Shown here: in pieces, positions 17,826-28,500 of the stretch
Layout: the number at the start of each line of letters is the position of its first letter
Numbering within the stretch: the stretch's first letter is position 1
Origin: a virus
Lineage: Duplodnaviria; Heunggongvirae; Uroviricota; Caudoviricetes
Virus record (IMG/VR): IMGVR_UViG_2654587728_000013
Location: 1 to 43,613 of that record
Reading direction: 5' to 3' (one strand)
DNA length: 43,613 nt
Notes under the pieces: generated by a model
The model's input: only the letters and a program-made list of their open reading frames with translations
Told to the model about the DNA's origin: nothing
The model's database searches: none
Made by a program: the position numbers and the translations under genes

Positions 17826-18812
17826 ATGGCTGTTAAAGGCTTAACTGCGCTGACGCTGGCAGACTGGGGCAAGCGCATCGACCCGAACGGGAAAGTCGAT
17901 AAGATTATCGAGCTTCTCGCACAAACCAACCCTATCCTGCAGGATATGCTGATCGTTGAAGGTAACCTTCCTACAGGTCACCGTACCACTATCCGCTCAG
18001 GCCTGCCGTCAGCAACATGGCGTCTGCTGAACTATGGCGTGCAGCCAAGCAAATCCACCACTGTACAGGTAACAGACTCCTGCGGAATGCTGGAAACCTA
18101 TGCCGAAATCGATAAGTCTCTGGCTGACCTGAACGGCAACACCGCTGAATTCCGTCTGTCTGAAGACCGCGCATTCATTGAAGCTATGAACCAGCAGATG
18201 GCTCAGACCCTGTTCTATGGTGATACCAGTGTTAACCCGCAGCAGTTTATGGGGCTGGCGTCTCGTTATTCCAGCAAATCAGCTGGTAACGGCCAGAACA
18301 TTATCGACGCTGGTGGCACTGGCACAGATAACACTTCTATCTGGCTGGTTGTATGGGGTGAAAACACTGTTCACGGCATCTTCCCGAAAGGTCAAAAGGC
18401 TGGCCTTCATATGGAAGATAAGGGCCAGCAGACCCTTAAAGATGCCAATGGTGGCCAGTATGAAGGCTACCGCACTCACTATAAGTGGGATAACGGCCTG
18501 GCTCTTCGTGACTGGCGCTACGTTGTTCGTATCGCCAACATCGATGTAAGCGATCTGTCTGTTCCTGCCTCTGCTGCAAACATCGTCACTCAGATGGTTA
18601 AAGCTCTGCACCGCGTTCCTAACCTGAAGATGGGCCGTGCGGCTTTCTACATGAACCGCACCGTTGCCCAGGCTCTCGACCTGCAATCTCTGGATAAAGC
18701 CTCTCTGGCTCTGTCCGTCAAAGAGACAGAAGGCGAATGGTGGACCACTTTCCGTGGCATTCCTATCCGTGAAACCGATGCGATTCTGGAAACAGAAGCG
18801 CGCGTTGTTTAA
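17826..18812 (+). CDS. major capsid protein
   Basis: 328 aa following scaffold; strong RBS. Confidence 0.75.
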   Translation: MAVKGLTALTLADWGKRIDPNGKVDKIIELLAQTNPILQDMLIVEGNLPTGHRTTIRSGLPSATWRLLNYGVQPSKSTTVQVTDSCGMLETYAEIDKSLADLNGNTAEFRLSEDRAFIEAMNQQMAQTLFYGDTSVNPQQFMGLASRYSSKSAGNGQNIIDAGGTGTDNTSIWLVVWGENTVHGIFPKGQKAGLHMEDKGQQTLKDANGGQYEGYRTHYKWDNGLALRDWRYVVRIANIDVSDLSVPASAANIVTQMVKALHRVPNLKMGRAAFYMNRTVAQALDLQSLDKASLALSVKETEGEWWTTFRGIPIRETDAILETEARVV

Positions 18813-18863
18813 CGCCTGTTATTAACTGATGGGCCTTAACCGGCCCATGAATGGAGAAAGAAA

Positions 18864-19304
18864 ATGATCCTCGACAAACTGTTGATGTTCTCCGAAGCGC
18901 AGGCGGTTACGGCTTCCGCAGCTTCTACTGATGTAATCGATCTCGGTCCTATCGACGGTACCCGCCGTGATATCGGTGTTGGTTACCCGCTGGAGTTCTG
19001 GGCAAACGTGAATACCACTGCAACCGCAGGCGGTGCTGCAACCCTGAACGTTCAGTTGCAGACCAGCCCGGATAACTCCACCTGGACCACGCTGTACGAT
19101 AGCGGCACGTTGGCGCTAGCGGCGTTGACTGCTGGAAAGCGCCTGTTTTCCGCGAAAGTTCCGGCAGGTGTCCAGCGTTATCTGCGTGTTAACTATGTGG
19201 TCGGTACTGGCCCGCTGACTGCCGGTGCTTTCACCTCGGGAATTAACCTGGATGTTGATAACAACAGCCCGTACTACCCGATTCGTTCAAAAGTGACTGG
19301 CTAA
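18864..19304 (+). CDS. hypothetical structural protein (possible capsid decoration)
   Basis: 146 aa; RBS GGAGA; Thr/Ala/Gly-rich beta-like composition. Confidence 0.45.
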   Translation: MILDKLLMFSEAQAVTASAASTDVIDLGPIDGTRRDIGVGYPLEFWANVNTTATAGGAATLNVQLQTSPDNSTWTTLYDSGTLALAALTAGKRLFSAKVPAGVQRYLRVNYVVGTGPLTAGAFTSGINLDVDNNSPYYPIRSKVTG

Positions 19305-19314
19305 GGGGATAGCG

Positions 19315-19695
19315 ATGTCAGGTGAAAAAGCAAGATACCGCGTCCTGCGTTTATCTCACATTCATAACAACCTCTGGCCAGAAGGCTCTGAAGTTGAGTA
19401 TGACGGCGAACCAGGTACGGCGCTGGAGCCACTGAACGATGCGGCGAAATTGGCAAAAGAGATCGCCGAAAAGCGTAAAGGAAGATCGGCTTCTGTAGTT
19501 ATCAATGTTCCATCTCCAGCTGCGGTTCATCAAGTAGTGGAAGAAGTGAAATCTGATGGCACTGGCGCGGTAAGTGAAGACCTTACTCTGCTTCGACAGC
19601 AGTATGAGGATTTACTAGGCAAGAAGCCGGGCAATAAAACGGCTGAAACTCTGGCAAAAGAGATCGCCGAAAAGCGTGCCGAACTGGGCGTCTAA
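19315..19695 (+). CDS. hypothetical protein with internal 27-bp direct repeat
   Basis: 126 aa; LAKEIAEKR occurs twice; followed by terminator. Confidence 0.45.
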   Translation: MSGEKARYRVLRLSHIHNNLWPEGSEVEYDGEPGTALEPLNDAAKLAKEIAEKRKGRSASVVINVPSPAAVHQVVEEVKSDGTGAVSEDLTLLRQQYEDLLGKKPGNKTAETLAKEIAEKRAELGV

Positions 19696-19711
19696 GCCTC
19701 GCTAATCAAAC

Positions 19712-19733
19712 AAGGGGCTTCGGCCCCTTTATT
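19712..19733 (+). terminator. rho-independent terminator/attenuator
   Basis: AAGGGGC-TTCG-GCCCCTT followed by TATT. Confidence 0.6.
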
Positions 19734-19746
19734 GCAGGAGTCCGTT

Positions 19747-20070
19747 ATGGATCTGGTAAACCTCAAAACCGGCACCGACACCTATCAGGATGAGGAGGGT
19801 AAAACCCAGACTCGTGATGATTATCCGTGGGGCCTTTGCATTGAATTGAACAACGAGACGTTAGCCAAGCTAAAGGCAGCACCTCAATCTGCTGGCACTG
19901 AAGTAATGATCACTGCAAAGGCAACTATTCGCTCAACTTCTACCCGCGAAACGGAAGATGGAATGCAGCATAACGCCAGTCTGCAGATCACTGATATGGC
20001 GCTCAGTCCAGTATCCGGTGAGCAACCGAAGTCAGCAGCGCAAACTCTCTACGGTGGGGAGGATGATTAA
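19747..20070 (+). CDS. hypothetical virion protein
   Basis: ORF track start 19732 is TTG; ATG at 19747 with CAGGAG RBS preferred. Confidence 0.45.
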   Translation: MDLVNLKTGTDTYQDEEGKTQTRDDYPWGLCIELNNETLAKLKAAPQSAGTEVMITAKATIRSTSTRETEDGMQHNASLQITDMALSPVSGEQPKSAAQTLYGGEDD

Positions 20071-20675
20071 TGGCTTCTGTTATCGAGATCTGCAACCGCG
20101 CGCTGAGCAATATCGGCAACAGTCGCAGCATTAACAGCCTGAATGAAGCCAGCAAAGAGGCCGGGCAGTGCTCCCTGCATTTTGATGCGTGCCGCGATGC
20201 TGCTCTGGCTGACTTCGACTGGAACTTTGCTACCAAACGCGTGGCGCTGGCTGATACCAATAACCCGCCTCCTGACTGGCAGTACGCTTACCAGTACCCA
20301 TCTGATTGCGTCCGTATAACTGAGATCATGCCGACCGGCATACGCAATCCTACCGCTGCGCAGCGCATTGAATATGTTGTCGGTTCCAATGAGGACCTGA
20401 CAGGTAAGCTCATTTACACCGATCAGCCGAAAGCGTGGTTGAAGTACGTGGCGCGGGTTACTGACGTCAATATGTATGATGCCATTTTTATGGAGGCGCT
20501 TTCCTGGCGTCTGGCCGCTGCCATTAATATGGCGCTTACCGGTAGCGCAGATCTCGGTAACAACGCACTGACGATGTACAACCGTGTGATCCTGAGCGCT
20601 GGCTCACATAGCCAGAATGAATCGCAGGAGCCACAACCTCCGGTAGATGAATTCACAGCAGCGAGGTTGTCATAA
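20070..20675 (+). CDS. tail adaptor-like protein (podovirus gatekeeper-like)
   Basis: 201 aa directly upstream of 825-aa protein; assignment by size and gene order only. Confidence 0.4.
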   Translation: MASVIEICNRALSNIGNSRSINSLNEASKEAGQCSLHFDACRDAALADFDWNFATKRVALADTNNPPPDWQYAYQYPSDCVRITEIMPTGIRNPTAAQRIEYVVGSNEDLTGKLIYTDQPKAWLKYVARVTDVNMYDAIFMEALSWRLAAAINMALTGSADLGNNALTMYNRVILSAGSHSQNESQEPQPPVDEFTAARLS

Positions 20676-23152
20676 TGGCTTTTAGCTGGATTCAACCGAG
20701 CTTTGCCGGTGGTGAAATTGGTCCGTCACTGTATGGCCGTATTGATATGTCAAAGTATCAGGTGGCACTGCGCAAGTGCGATAACTTCATTGTTCGCCAA
20801 TATGGTGGTGTAGAGAACAGACCAGGTACGCGCTTTGTTGGTCCTGCTAAATACCCTGATCGCAAGTGCCGGTTAATCCCATTTCAGTTCTCGACCGTAC
20901 AGACCTATGCTCTGGAGTTCGGGCACAACTATATGCGCGTTATCAAAGATGGCGCTTATGTTCTGACGACCAGCAATGTTATTTATGAGCTGGCGATGCC
21001 GTATGCTGACACTGACCTTTTCCGCATTAAATTCACGCAGAGCGCCGATGTTCTGACGCTGGTGCATCCCGCATACCCTCCGAAAGAACTGCGCCGCTAT
21101 GCGCACGACAACTGGCAGATCGTCGATGTCACCACCAAAAACGGGCCGTTCGAAGATATCAACGTTGACGAGACTGTGAAGGTCTACGCCAGCGCCAGCA
21201 CCGGCACCATTACGTTGACGGCCAGTTCTGCAATCTTCGGTGCTGAACAGGTTGGAAAACTGTTCTATCTCGAGCAGCCCGCGGTTGATTCCGTCCCAGT
21301 ATGGGAAACCAGTAAAACCACAGCAATAAACGACGTTCGTCGTGCAGACAGCAACTACTACCGCGCGAATACTGCAGGTAAGACCGGGACCCTTCGCCCG
21401 TCTCACACTGAAGGTATGTCTTGGGATGGATGGGGCGGTACCGGATCAGATGATACCGGGATACAGTGGGAATACCTGCACAGCGGTTTCGGCATTGCAA
21501 AAATCACAGCAGTGGCTGGCGATGGCCTGACAGCAACTGCCGATGTGATCTCGTTCATTCCATCTCAGGTTGTTGGCTCCGCTAACGCCAGCTATAAGTG
21601 GGCTAAATATGCGTGGAACAGCGTTAACGGCTACCCTAGTACCGTTGTTTACTACCAGCAGCGCCTGTACTTTGCCGCATCTACCGCGTATCCACAAACC
21701 ATCTGGGCAAGCCGCACCGGAGACTATAAAGACTTCGGTAAGAACAACCCTATTCAGGATGACGATCGCATCATCTACACCTACGCCGGGCGACAGGTGA
21801 ATGAGATCCGTCATCTTATTGACGTTGGTAACCTGGTCGCTCTGACATCTGGCGGGGAATATACGATATCCGGGGACCAGAATAAGGTCCTCACGCCATC
21901 GGCGTTCTCGTTCAGTTCGCAGGGCAATAACGGCTCCAGCAATGTTCCGCCGATCGCTGTGGCAAACATCGCACTGTTCATCCAGGAGAAAGGTAGCGTT
22001 GTGCGTGATCTGGCCTACTCCTTCGATGTCGACGGATATCAGGGAACAGACCTGACCATACTGGCAAACCACCTGTTCCAGAAACACAGCATTGTTGACT
22101 GGTCATTCTGCATTGTGCCGTACAGCAGCGCTTTCTGCATTCGTGATGACGGTAAATTACTGGTGCTCACGTATATGCGCGATCAGCAGGTTTTCGCCTG
22201 GGCACCGCAGTCCAGCGCTGGTAAATACGAAAGCACCTGCTCAATCAGTGAAGGCAGCGAGGATGCTGTTTACTTCGTGGTTAACCGTACTATCAATGGG
22301 CAGACCGTACGTTACATCGAACGCCTGTCCAGCCGCCTGTTTACCAGTGATGAAGATGCGTTCTTTGTCGATTGTGGCCTGAGCTACGACGGGCGCAATA
22401 CATCATCACGCACAATGACCATCAGTGGAGGCACAGGTGACTGGAACTATCAGGTTGATTACCCGGTTACAGTAAGCGGTGGTGCGTATTTCGTTAATAC
22501 TGATGTAGGCGCTCAGATTCAGTTCCCATATACCGGCACAGATCCAGACACTAATGAACCGGTCGCTAAAGAGTTGCGCGGCGACATCATTTCAGTGACC
22601 AGTAATACTGCGGTAGTCGTGCGCTTCAATCGTAATGTTCCGGCGGTACTGCGCAATGCGGCCACAACTAACTGGCAGATGGCCCGCCAGACGTTCAGTG
22701 GCCTGTCGCACCTCGAAGGTCAGACAGTAAACATCCTGTCAGATGCCAGCGTTGAGCCTCAGAAGGTTGTCACTGGTGGTTCAGTCACGCTGGAGTCACC
22801 AGGTGCAGTTGTGCATATCGGATTGCCTATCACCGCTGAATTCGAAACACTGGACATCAATATCAATGGGCAGGAAACGCTGCTGGACAAAAAGCAGGTA
22901 ATCCCTACTGTCACGATGGTAGTCAACGCAAGCCGTGGAATCTGGGCAACAACTCCTGGCGGAACCTGGTATGAATATCCGCAGCGTGAATTTGAGTTCT
23001 ACGACGATCCTGTTGATGATGCTACAGGCAAGGTTGAAGTGAAACTCGACAGCAACTGGGATAAAAACGGACGCGTTAAGGTTCGCCAGCTTGACCCACT
23101 CCCGCTTTCTGTTCTTGCTGTATTGCCTCGCCTCACCGTCGGAGGCTTCTGA
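20675..23152 (+). CDS. large tail structural protein (nozzle/tail-tube-B-like)
   Basis: 825 aa; position between adaptor-like gene and internal virion genes. Confidence 0.5.
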   Translation: MAFSWIQPSFAGGEIGPSLYGRIDMSKYQVALRKCDNFIVRQYGGVENRPGTRFVGPAKYPDRKCRLIPFQFSTVQTYALEFGHNYMRVIKDGAYVLTTSNVIYELAMPYADTDLFRIKFTQSADVLTLVHPAYPPKELRRYAHDNWQIVDVTTKNGPFEDINVDETVKVYASASTGTITLTASSAIFGAEQVGKLFYLEQPAVDSVPVWETSKTTAINDVRRADSNYYRANTAGKTGTLRPSHTEGMSWDGWGGTGSDDTGIQWEYLHSGFGIAKITAVAGDGLTATADVISFIPSQVVGSANASYKWAKYAWNSVNGYPSTVVYYQQRLYFAASTAYPQTIWASRTGDYKDFGKNNPIQDDDRIIYTYAGRQVNEIRHLIDVGNLVALTSGGEYTISGDQNKVLTPSAFSFSSQGNNGSSNVPPIAVANIALFIQEKGSVVRDLAYSFDVDGYQGTDLTILANHLFQKHSIVDWSFCIVPYSSAFCIRDDGKLLVLTYMRDQQVFAWAPQSSAGKYESTCSISEGSEDAVYFVVNRTINGQTVRYIERLSSRLFTSDEDAFFVDCGLSYDGRNTSSRTMTISGGTGDWNYQVDYPVTVSGGAYFVNTDVGAQIQFPYTGTDPDTNEPVAKELRGDIISVTSNTAVVVRFNRNVPAVLRNAATTNWQMARQTFSGLSHLEGQTVNILSDASVEPQKVVTGGSVTLESPGAVVHIGLPITAEFETLDININGQETLLDKKQVIPTVTMVVNASRGIWATTPGGTWYEYPQREFEFYDDPVDDATGKVEVKLDSNWDKNGRVKVRQLDPLPLSVLAVLPRLTVGGF

Positions 23153-23616
23153 TGATTAAAGCTCAGATCGTACCAGCTACCACAGAGCACATCGAAGCCA
23201 TCGTTCCACATGTTCGCCAGGCTGATATCGATGAATTTCTGGCAACCAATGGATGGAGTCCGCGTCGCGTACTGGAAACCGGTCTGCGCACGTCAACATT
23301 CTGCTGCGCCGGATTGATTAATGGTGAAGTGGTGACTGTCTTTGGCGTAGCGCCAGCATCGATGATCGGCGGCAGCGGTATTCCGTGGCTGGTTGGCACT
23401 GACGCGCTGGAAAAATACCAGCGTACTTTCCTTCGCCGCTGCGGAAAAGTGGTCAATGCAATGCTGACCGTTTATCCGTATCTTGAAAATTATGTTGATG
23501 CGCGTAACCACACTGCACGCATCTGGCTTCACTGGCTGGGATTCACCATCGATGAGCCTCAGCCATACGGCATTAATAACCTACCGTTTCACCGTTTCCA
23601 CATGGAGAGAAAATAA
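23152..23616 (+). CDS. hypothetical virion protein
   Basis: 154 aa; coupled start. Confidence 0.4.
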   Translation: MIKAQIVPATTEHIEAIVPHVRQADIDEFLATNGWSPRRVLETGLRTSTFCCAGLINGEVVTVFGVAPASMIGGSGIPWLVGTDALEKYQRTFLRRCGKVVNAMLTVYPYLENYVDARNHTARIWLHWLGFTIDEPQPYGINNLPFHRFHMERK

Positions 23617-24158
23617 TGTGCAGCCCGGCTATCGCTCTTGCTGGCGCCAGTGTCGCTTTAAGTGGCGTTTCAGCATACAACCAGTACCAGCAAGGTAAGT
23701 ATTCATCTGCTGTTGCAGAGCAGAATGCAGAAGTGGCCACGGCACAGGCACAGGATTCTATCAACCGTGGCAACGCTCAGGCTGATGAGGTTCGTCGCCG
23801 TAATCGTCAGGCCGCTGGCACCCAGGCGGCAACCATGGGCGCTACAGGTGCAGATCTATCCACTGGTGGAGCGCTGGATATCTTCGGCGATACAGCGCAG
23901 TTTGGCGCGCTGGATGCGCTGACCACGGTCAATAACGCTCAGCGTGAAGCATATGGCTTTCAGGTTCAGGCTGAAAACTACAAAGCTCAGGCCAACTCAG
24001 CACGCAAGCAGGGGAATATGGGAGCATTTACCACACTGCTGACTGCTCCGCTTAATGCCTATGGTGCTTATAGGATTGGTGGTGGTGAATGGAACCCGTT
24101 CACACAAAGTACCCCAGCACCGATCAGCGCTGCCATCGGCACACCAACCGGTCGATAA
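23616..24158 (+). CDS. internal virion protein (putative)
   Basis: 180 aa; N-terminal hydrophobic segment, Ala/Gln/Gly-rich. Confidence 0.45.
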   Translation: MCSPAIALAGASVALSGVSAYNQYQQGKYSSAVAEQNAEVATAQAQDSINRGNAQADEVRRRNRQAAGTQAATMGATGADLSTGGALDIFGDTAQFGALDALTTVNNAQREAYGFQVQAENYKAQANSARKQGNMGAFTTLLTAPLNAYGAYRIGGGEWNPFTQSTPAPISAAIGTPTGR

Positions 24159-24170
24159 GGAGACATAGAA

Positions 24171-26792
24171 ATGCCAACAGTACCAACAGTCACCGGTCGA
24201 CAGGTAGAAAGCAGAGGGTTTCAGTCTCCTGGGTTTCAGGCATTCGATCAGCCAAATATCGGTGATGCTATCGTCGACGCTGGCAGCAAAGCCATCAACG
24301 TATTTGGAGAGGCCAAGCAACGGGCAAATGTGGCACTTACCCAAGAGGCAACTCTTCAACTGAATGCGGTTGGCAACGATCTGCTAAATAACCCTGATTC
24401 AGGATTCATGAATCTGCAAGGGAAGAACGCGATCGGCAAGGGGCAGGAGTACGTGCAGCAGTTTGATTCTCAGGCGCAGAGCATTGCAGCAAGCCTGCCG
24501 GATGAGCAGGCGCGAAATGCGTTTCTTCAGCAGGCACAGCAGCAGAGAATCCAGTTCAAGACGACCGCTGTTCGCCATGAAGTTGGGCAGGTGCGTCAGT
24601 ACGAAGCAGGTATGCAGGAGGGAACGTTACGTTCGCTGGCACAGCAGGCGATTTCTCCTGGTCTGTTTGTTCCTGCATTGATGAATGCTCGTAATTCTAT
24701 TATCGCTTATGGGAAAGCCCACGGACAGAGCGATGAGGAAATAGAGTCTAATTTCGTGCAGTGGCGTGAGCAGGCCGCCAACCGCGCCAGCGAAGCATGG
24801 TATACACCAACCTATCAGCAAATCATGGGGCCGGAAGGTAAGATCGAAGTTACCGACACTCCGAGCGAATCGCAGCTTTTTTCCGCGATGATCTGGCAGG
24901 AATCCGGAGGTAATCAGTATGGCAAAGACGGTTTACCACTGGTATCTCCGAAAGGTGCAGTAGGGGTGGCGCAGGTGATGGAGGATACGGGGCCGGAAGC
25001 AGCACGACTGGCTGGCGTACCGTGGGATCGTGATAAGTGGCTGAACGATACGCGCTACAATGCGAAGCTTGGTCAAGCCTACTTCGGCGCGCAGATGAAG
25101 AAGTATGACAATAATCCTGTACTGGCGGTGGCGGCGTATAACGCTGGGCCAGGTGCGGTTGATGGATGGATAAAGCAGTTTGGCGACCCGCGTACTGGTG
25201 CGGTGAGCAATGAGCAATTCGCTGCGGCAATCCCTTATGATGAAACTCGCAACTATGTCGCGAAAGTAACCGGCAGCGCTCCGGCGATACCAGGAACTGC
25301 TACGATGGAAAACCTCATCAATCAGCCTTTCTGGGATGCGATGAGTCCGCAGAACAAATCAGCGATGATGAGCAAAGTGGCAGGCATGTACGATATGCAA
25401 GCCGCAGCTGGTCGCGTGTCATTGCAAAGCCGCATGCAGGATGACCTTGCTAAATTAGAGTCAGGACAGAAAGTTAACCCGATCTCGGAACGTGAGTGGC
25501 TGGCGGTCATGCCGTTGCAGGCAAGCCCGGCGGAGCGCATTCAGATGCGCGAGTCATTCCAGCAATATCAGCAGGCGATGACGCTGCAACCGGTATATCA
25601 ATCCATTGTTCAGGGTTCTGCGCAGCAGGGTATCGCTGCGGTGCAGTCTATGGTGCCGCAGGAAGATGACCCTGACTTTAAATTTAAGCAGAGCTTGTAC
25701 GCAACTGCGCAGGCCAAACTGAATCAGGTAATTAAAGCGCGCGAGTCCGACCCGGGTACGTGGCTACAAGCCAACTCGCCGGTGGTGAAAAACGCCTTTG
25801 AGCAATATCAGAACAACCAGGCATCAGGTGAATATCTGGTTTCCCGTCTGCAAGCAGAGAAAGACCGCCTTGGTATCAATAGTAAGAAGGTACTTCCTGA
25901 CGCCATGGTTAACAACCTCATTTCTCAGATCGATAACAATAAAGAATCAAGCGTAACCGCCATTCAGTCGGTGGCGCAGTCGTTCGGAAAATACTCCGAT
26001 CAGGTTATGCAGCAGGTGCAGAAAAGCGCATATCCAGCGCTTCAAGTCATCATGGCGACCAATAATCCTCGGGCCGCCAACGCGCTCTGGCAAAACCGCA
26101 GTGTTAAAACTTCTGACCTGCGCGGCAGCTTTGAGAAGACAGACGCCGACAGCGCTGATTCATCTTGGAATGACCAGGCAAAAGATTTTGCCGGGACGAT
26201 GGTTGTACAGCCTGGCGGGTCTGCCGTGTGGAACAACTTCAACGAGCAGGGTAAACGCCTGACCTACACCTATATGCAGCGCGGCATGTCGCCTGGCGAT
26301 GCAGCAAAACAGGCATATCAGGACGTTCTCGGTGAGCAGTATCAGACCAATGGCACCTGGCGTATGCCTAACAACGCCGGGCATGATATTCGTGACGTTA
26401 ATGACGGCGCTAACGTGTACCTGAAGAATCTGTCAGCAGATCAGATCATGCCGCTAATCGGTGACGCCCGTCTGCCGGATGAGGTTAACCGAGAGCAAAG
26501 TATTTCCCGCATTCGTGATAACGCACAGTGGGTAACCAACAGCGACGAAACAGGGCTTACGCTGATGATGAATGGTCTGTTGATCAACAATGCGCAGGGG
26601 CAGCCGATTACAGTTTCGTTTGCTGACCTCGCGAAACTTGGCGCTGGCAACCGTACAACTTGGAACAGCCTGACCAAATTCGTGCAGACGCCGGTTAAGT
26701 ACACTCCGGGCCAGTCGAAGAATTACACGGTAGAAAGTCAGCGTGAAAATCTGATCAACATTATCCAGAACGGCCAGCAGACGGGACGATAA
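24171..26792 (+). CDS. internal virion protein with lytic transglycosylase (SLT) domain
   Basis: 873 aa; WQESGGNQYGKDG...GVAQVMEDTGPE...AAYNAGPGAVDGW matches SLT signature. Confidence 0.75.
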   Translation: MPTVPTVTGRQVESRGFQSPGFQAFDQPNIGDAIVDAGSKAINVFGEAKQRANVALTQEATLQLNAVGNDLLNNPDSGFMNLQGKNAIGKGQEYVQQFDSQAQSIAASLPDEQARNAFLQQAQQQRIQFKTTAVRHEVGQVRQYEAGMQEGTLRSLAQQAISPGLFVPALMNARNSIIAYGKAHGQSDEEIESNFVQWREQAANRASEAWYTPTYQQIMGPEGKIEVTDTPSESQLFSAMIWQESGGNQYGKDGLPLVSPKGAVGVAQVMEDTGPEAARLAGVPWDRDKWLNDTRYNAKLGQAYFGAQMKKYDNNPVLAVAAYNAGPGAVDGWIKQFGDPRTGAVSNEQFAAAIPYDETRNYVAKVTGSAPAIPGTATMENLINQPFWDAMSPQNKSAMMSKVAGMYDMQAAAGRVSLQSRMQDDLAKLESGQKVNPISEREWLAVMPLQASPAERIQMRESFQQYQQAMTLQPVYQSIVQGSAQQGIAAVQSMVPQEDDPDFKFKQSLYATAQAKLNQVIKARESDPGTWLQANSPVVKNAFEQYQNNQASGEYLVSRLQAEKDRLGINSKKVLPDAMVNNLISQIDNNKESSVTAIQSVAQSFGKYSDQVMQQVQKSAYPALQVIMATNNPRAANALWQNRSVKTSDLRGSFEKTDADSADSSWNDQAKDFAGTMVVQPGGSAVWNNFNEQGKRLTYTYMQRGMSPGDAAKQAYQDVLGEQYQTNGTWRMPNNAGHDIRDVNDGANVYLKNLSADQIMPLIGDARLPDEVNREQSISRIRDNAQWVTNSDETGLTLMMNGLLINNAQGQPITVSFADLAKLGAGNRTTWNSLTKFVQTPVKYTPGQSKNYTVESQRENLINIIQNGQQTGR

Positions 26793-26793
26793 T

Positions 26794-28500
26794 ATGCCGA
26801 TTTATACAGATGACCCAGGGCAGGGAATAAACCAGCCGCTGTCGAATGCCCCATCAGGGCTTGGTGAATCGCTGCTTTCCTCCCTGAAAGAGGGATTCAA
26901 AGAGGGGCCTGTTGTGTCAGGTTATCGGTTTTCTCAAGCCGACCAACTGGCAAATGACCCAAATTCGACCATCGTCAGTAAATCTGACGCGGAAACACGC
27001 CTTAAAGAGTACGGCGTTAAAAGTATCAATGTGCCTGACGGCGGTGTTACACAAACATTCCTCGACCATGTGATCAGCGAGCGCAGAGAAACTCTGGCGA
27101 AGCAGCAGATCGCCATGTCTGCCCCGTCTGGATGGGTTGCCACTCCGCTTAACTTTGCCGCAAACCTTGCAGGATCAATGGCTGATCCCGGTAACGTGGC
27201 TTTGGCGCTGGTCCCGTTCGGTGGAGAAGCAAAGGCGGCAACTATGCTTGGGCGCTTCGGTGAGCGTCTTTCCACCGGTGCTCGGCTTGGCGCTGCTCAG
27301 GCCATTGCCACCGTACCTCTGACGGCACAGGCAGCAGCGGCAGAAGGAGATGACTTCACATATGGCAACGCGCTGGAGAGCACCTTCTTTAACACCATCG
27401 CTGGCGGGTTGATGCACGCTGGCGGCGGGCTGATATCGGATGTGGTACGCTCCCGCAGGGCTGGTACTGTTGAAAATCCTGCTGCCTCGCAAGACGTTCA
27501 GCCTGTCGCTGATGCGCAGCCAACACCGGTGTTTACGCCTGACAATATACCGGCAGGCGTAAATATTCCTGAGTCCGGCACCAACGCCGATCTGTCAGCG
27601 GCAATCGCGCGGGATGCGGAAGCGTATGCCTACAGCCGCGCCTATGATGATGTTGTGCCGGAATATATGGCAAGGCAGCAGGAGCTACAGACAGGGAGCA
27701 TTGACAACGTTGCGGATCTGCGAACTGAGTTGGTGACCAACAACAGGCAAAGTGAGGCACTTGACGCAACTCTGGCCCAGCGCACGACCGATTACCAGGC
27801 GCAACGCATGAAATTCAAAGCAGCACGAGCCAGGGCGCAGCGAGATATTGAGGTTGAGAAAGACGCCATCACCGCGCGTAACCAGGAAATTACGCAACAG
27901 ATTGAACGTAATGCTGCAGCAGAGCAGGCAAAAGGCAGAGAGGCGCAACTGTCCCGCAAAGAGATACCTGACGACTTGGCGCCGTTGATAGCCCAGCGTG
28001 CGCAACAGATTCGCGAAAGCATGCAGATGTCGCCTGTGGCTGGCGCAGTGCGCACTGCGTCGGCAGCGGTTCGTGAGGCTGACTGGAGCGTTAACCAGCA
28101 GGCGTATCGAGGCGCACTGGCGCACATGATGGAAGGGCGCTCGCCTGATATTGAGCCATTCTATGATCTGCACAAACCAGCTCTACGCGAGCGTGCTATC
28201 CAGCGCATACAAAATCCGGTGCGGCAGGCTGATGAAGGTTCCCGCGCCGTCAGTGAAAGTGCGGATCGTGTGTGGCAGGATACGCAGAAGGTTGACCATG
28301 AAATAACAGCGGCTACCGCTGATCTGGAAAATGAATTTAATATCAGTGATGCGCTGCTGAACGACATTGCCACTGACAATCCTGACCTGGCTGCGTCGAT
28401 GCGGGAGAATATTGCAGCGATCCGTGCAGAGGCCAGTGACGACTCTATCGGAAAAGCGTACCGCGCTTTCGCCGCCTGTCTGATTAACCGGGGGCTGTAA
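26794..28500 (+). CDS. internal virion / ejection protein (putative)
   Basis: 568 aa; in injection-protein block. Confidence 0.5.
   Translation: MPIYTDDPGQGINQPLSNAPSGLGESLLSSLKEGFKEGPVVSGYRFSQADQLANDPNSTIVSKSDAETRLKEYGVKSINVPDGGVTQTFLDHVISERRETLAKQQIAMSAPSGWVATPLNFAANLAGSMADPGNVALALVPFGGEAKAATMLGRFGERLSTGARLGAAQAIATVPLTAQAAAAEGDDFTYGNALESTFFNTIAGGLMHAGGGLISDVVRSRRAGTVENPAASQDVQPVADAQPTPVFTPDNIPAGVNIPESGTNADLSAAIARDAEAYAYSRAYDDVVPEYMARQQELQTGSIDNVADLRTELVTNNRQSEALDATLAQRTTDYQAQRMKFKAARARAQRDIEVEKDAITARNQEITQQIERNAAAEQAKGREAQLSRKEIPDDLAPLIAQRAQQIRESMQMSPVAGAVRTASAAVREADWSVNQQAYRGALAHMMEGRSPDIEPFYDLHKPALRERAIQRIQNPVRQADEGSRAVSESADRVWQDTQKVDHEITAATADLENEFNISDALLNDIATDNPDLAASMRENIAAIRAEASDDSIGKAYRAFAACLINRGL

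Noticed and set aside
18831-18846. Hairpin GGGCC-TTAACC-GGCCC after the capsid gene as a terminator
   Set aside because: Short stem and no following T-run; may be an mRNA-stabilising hairpin but not called as a terminator.
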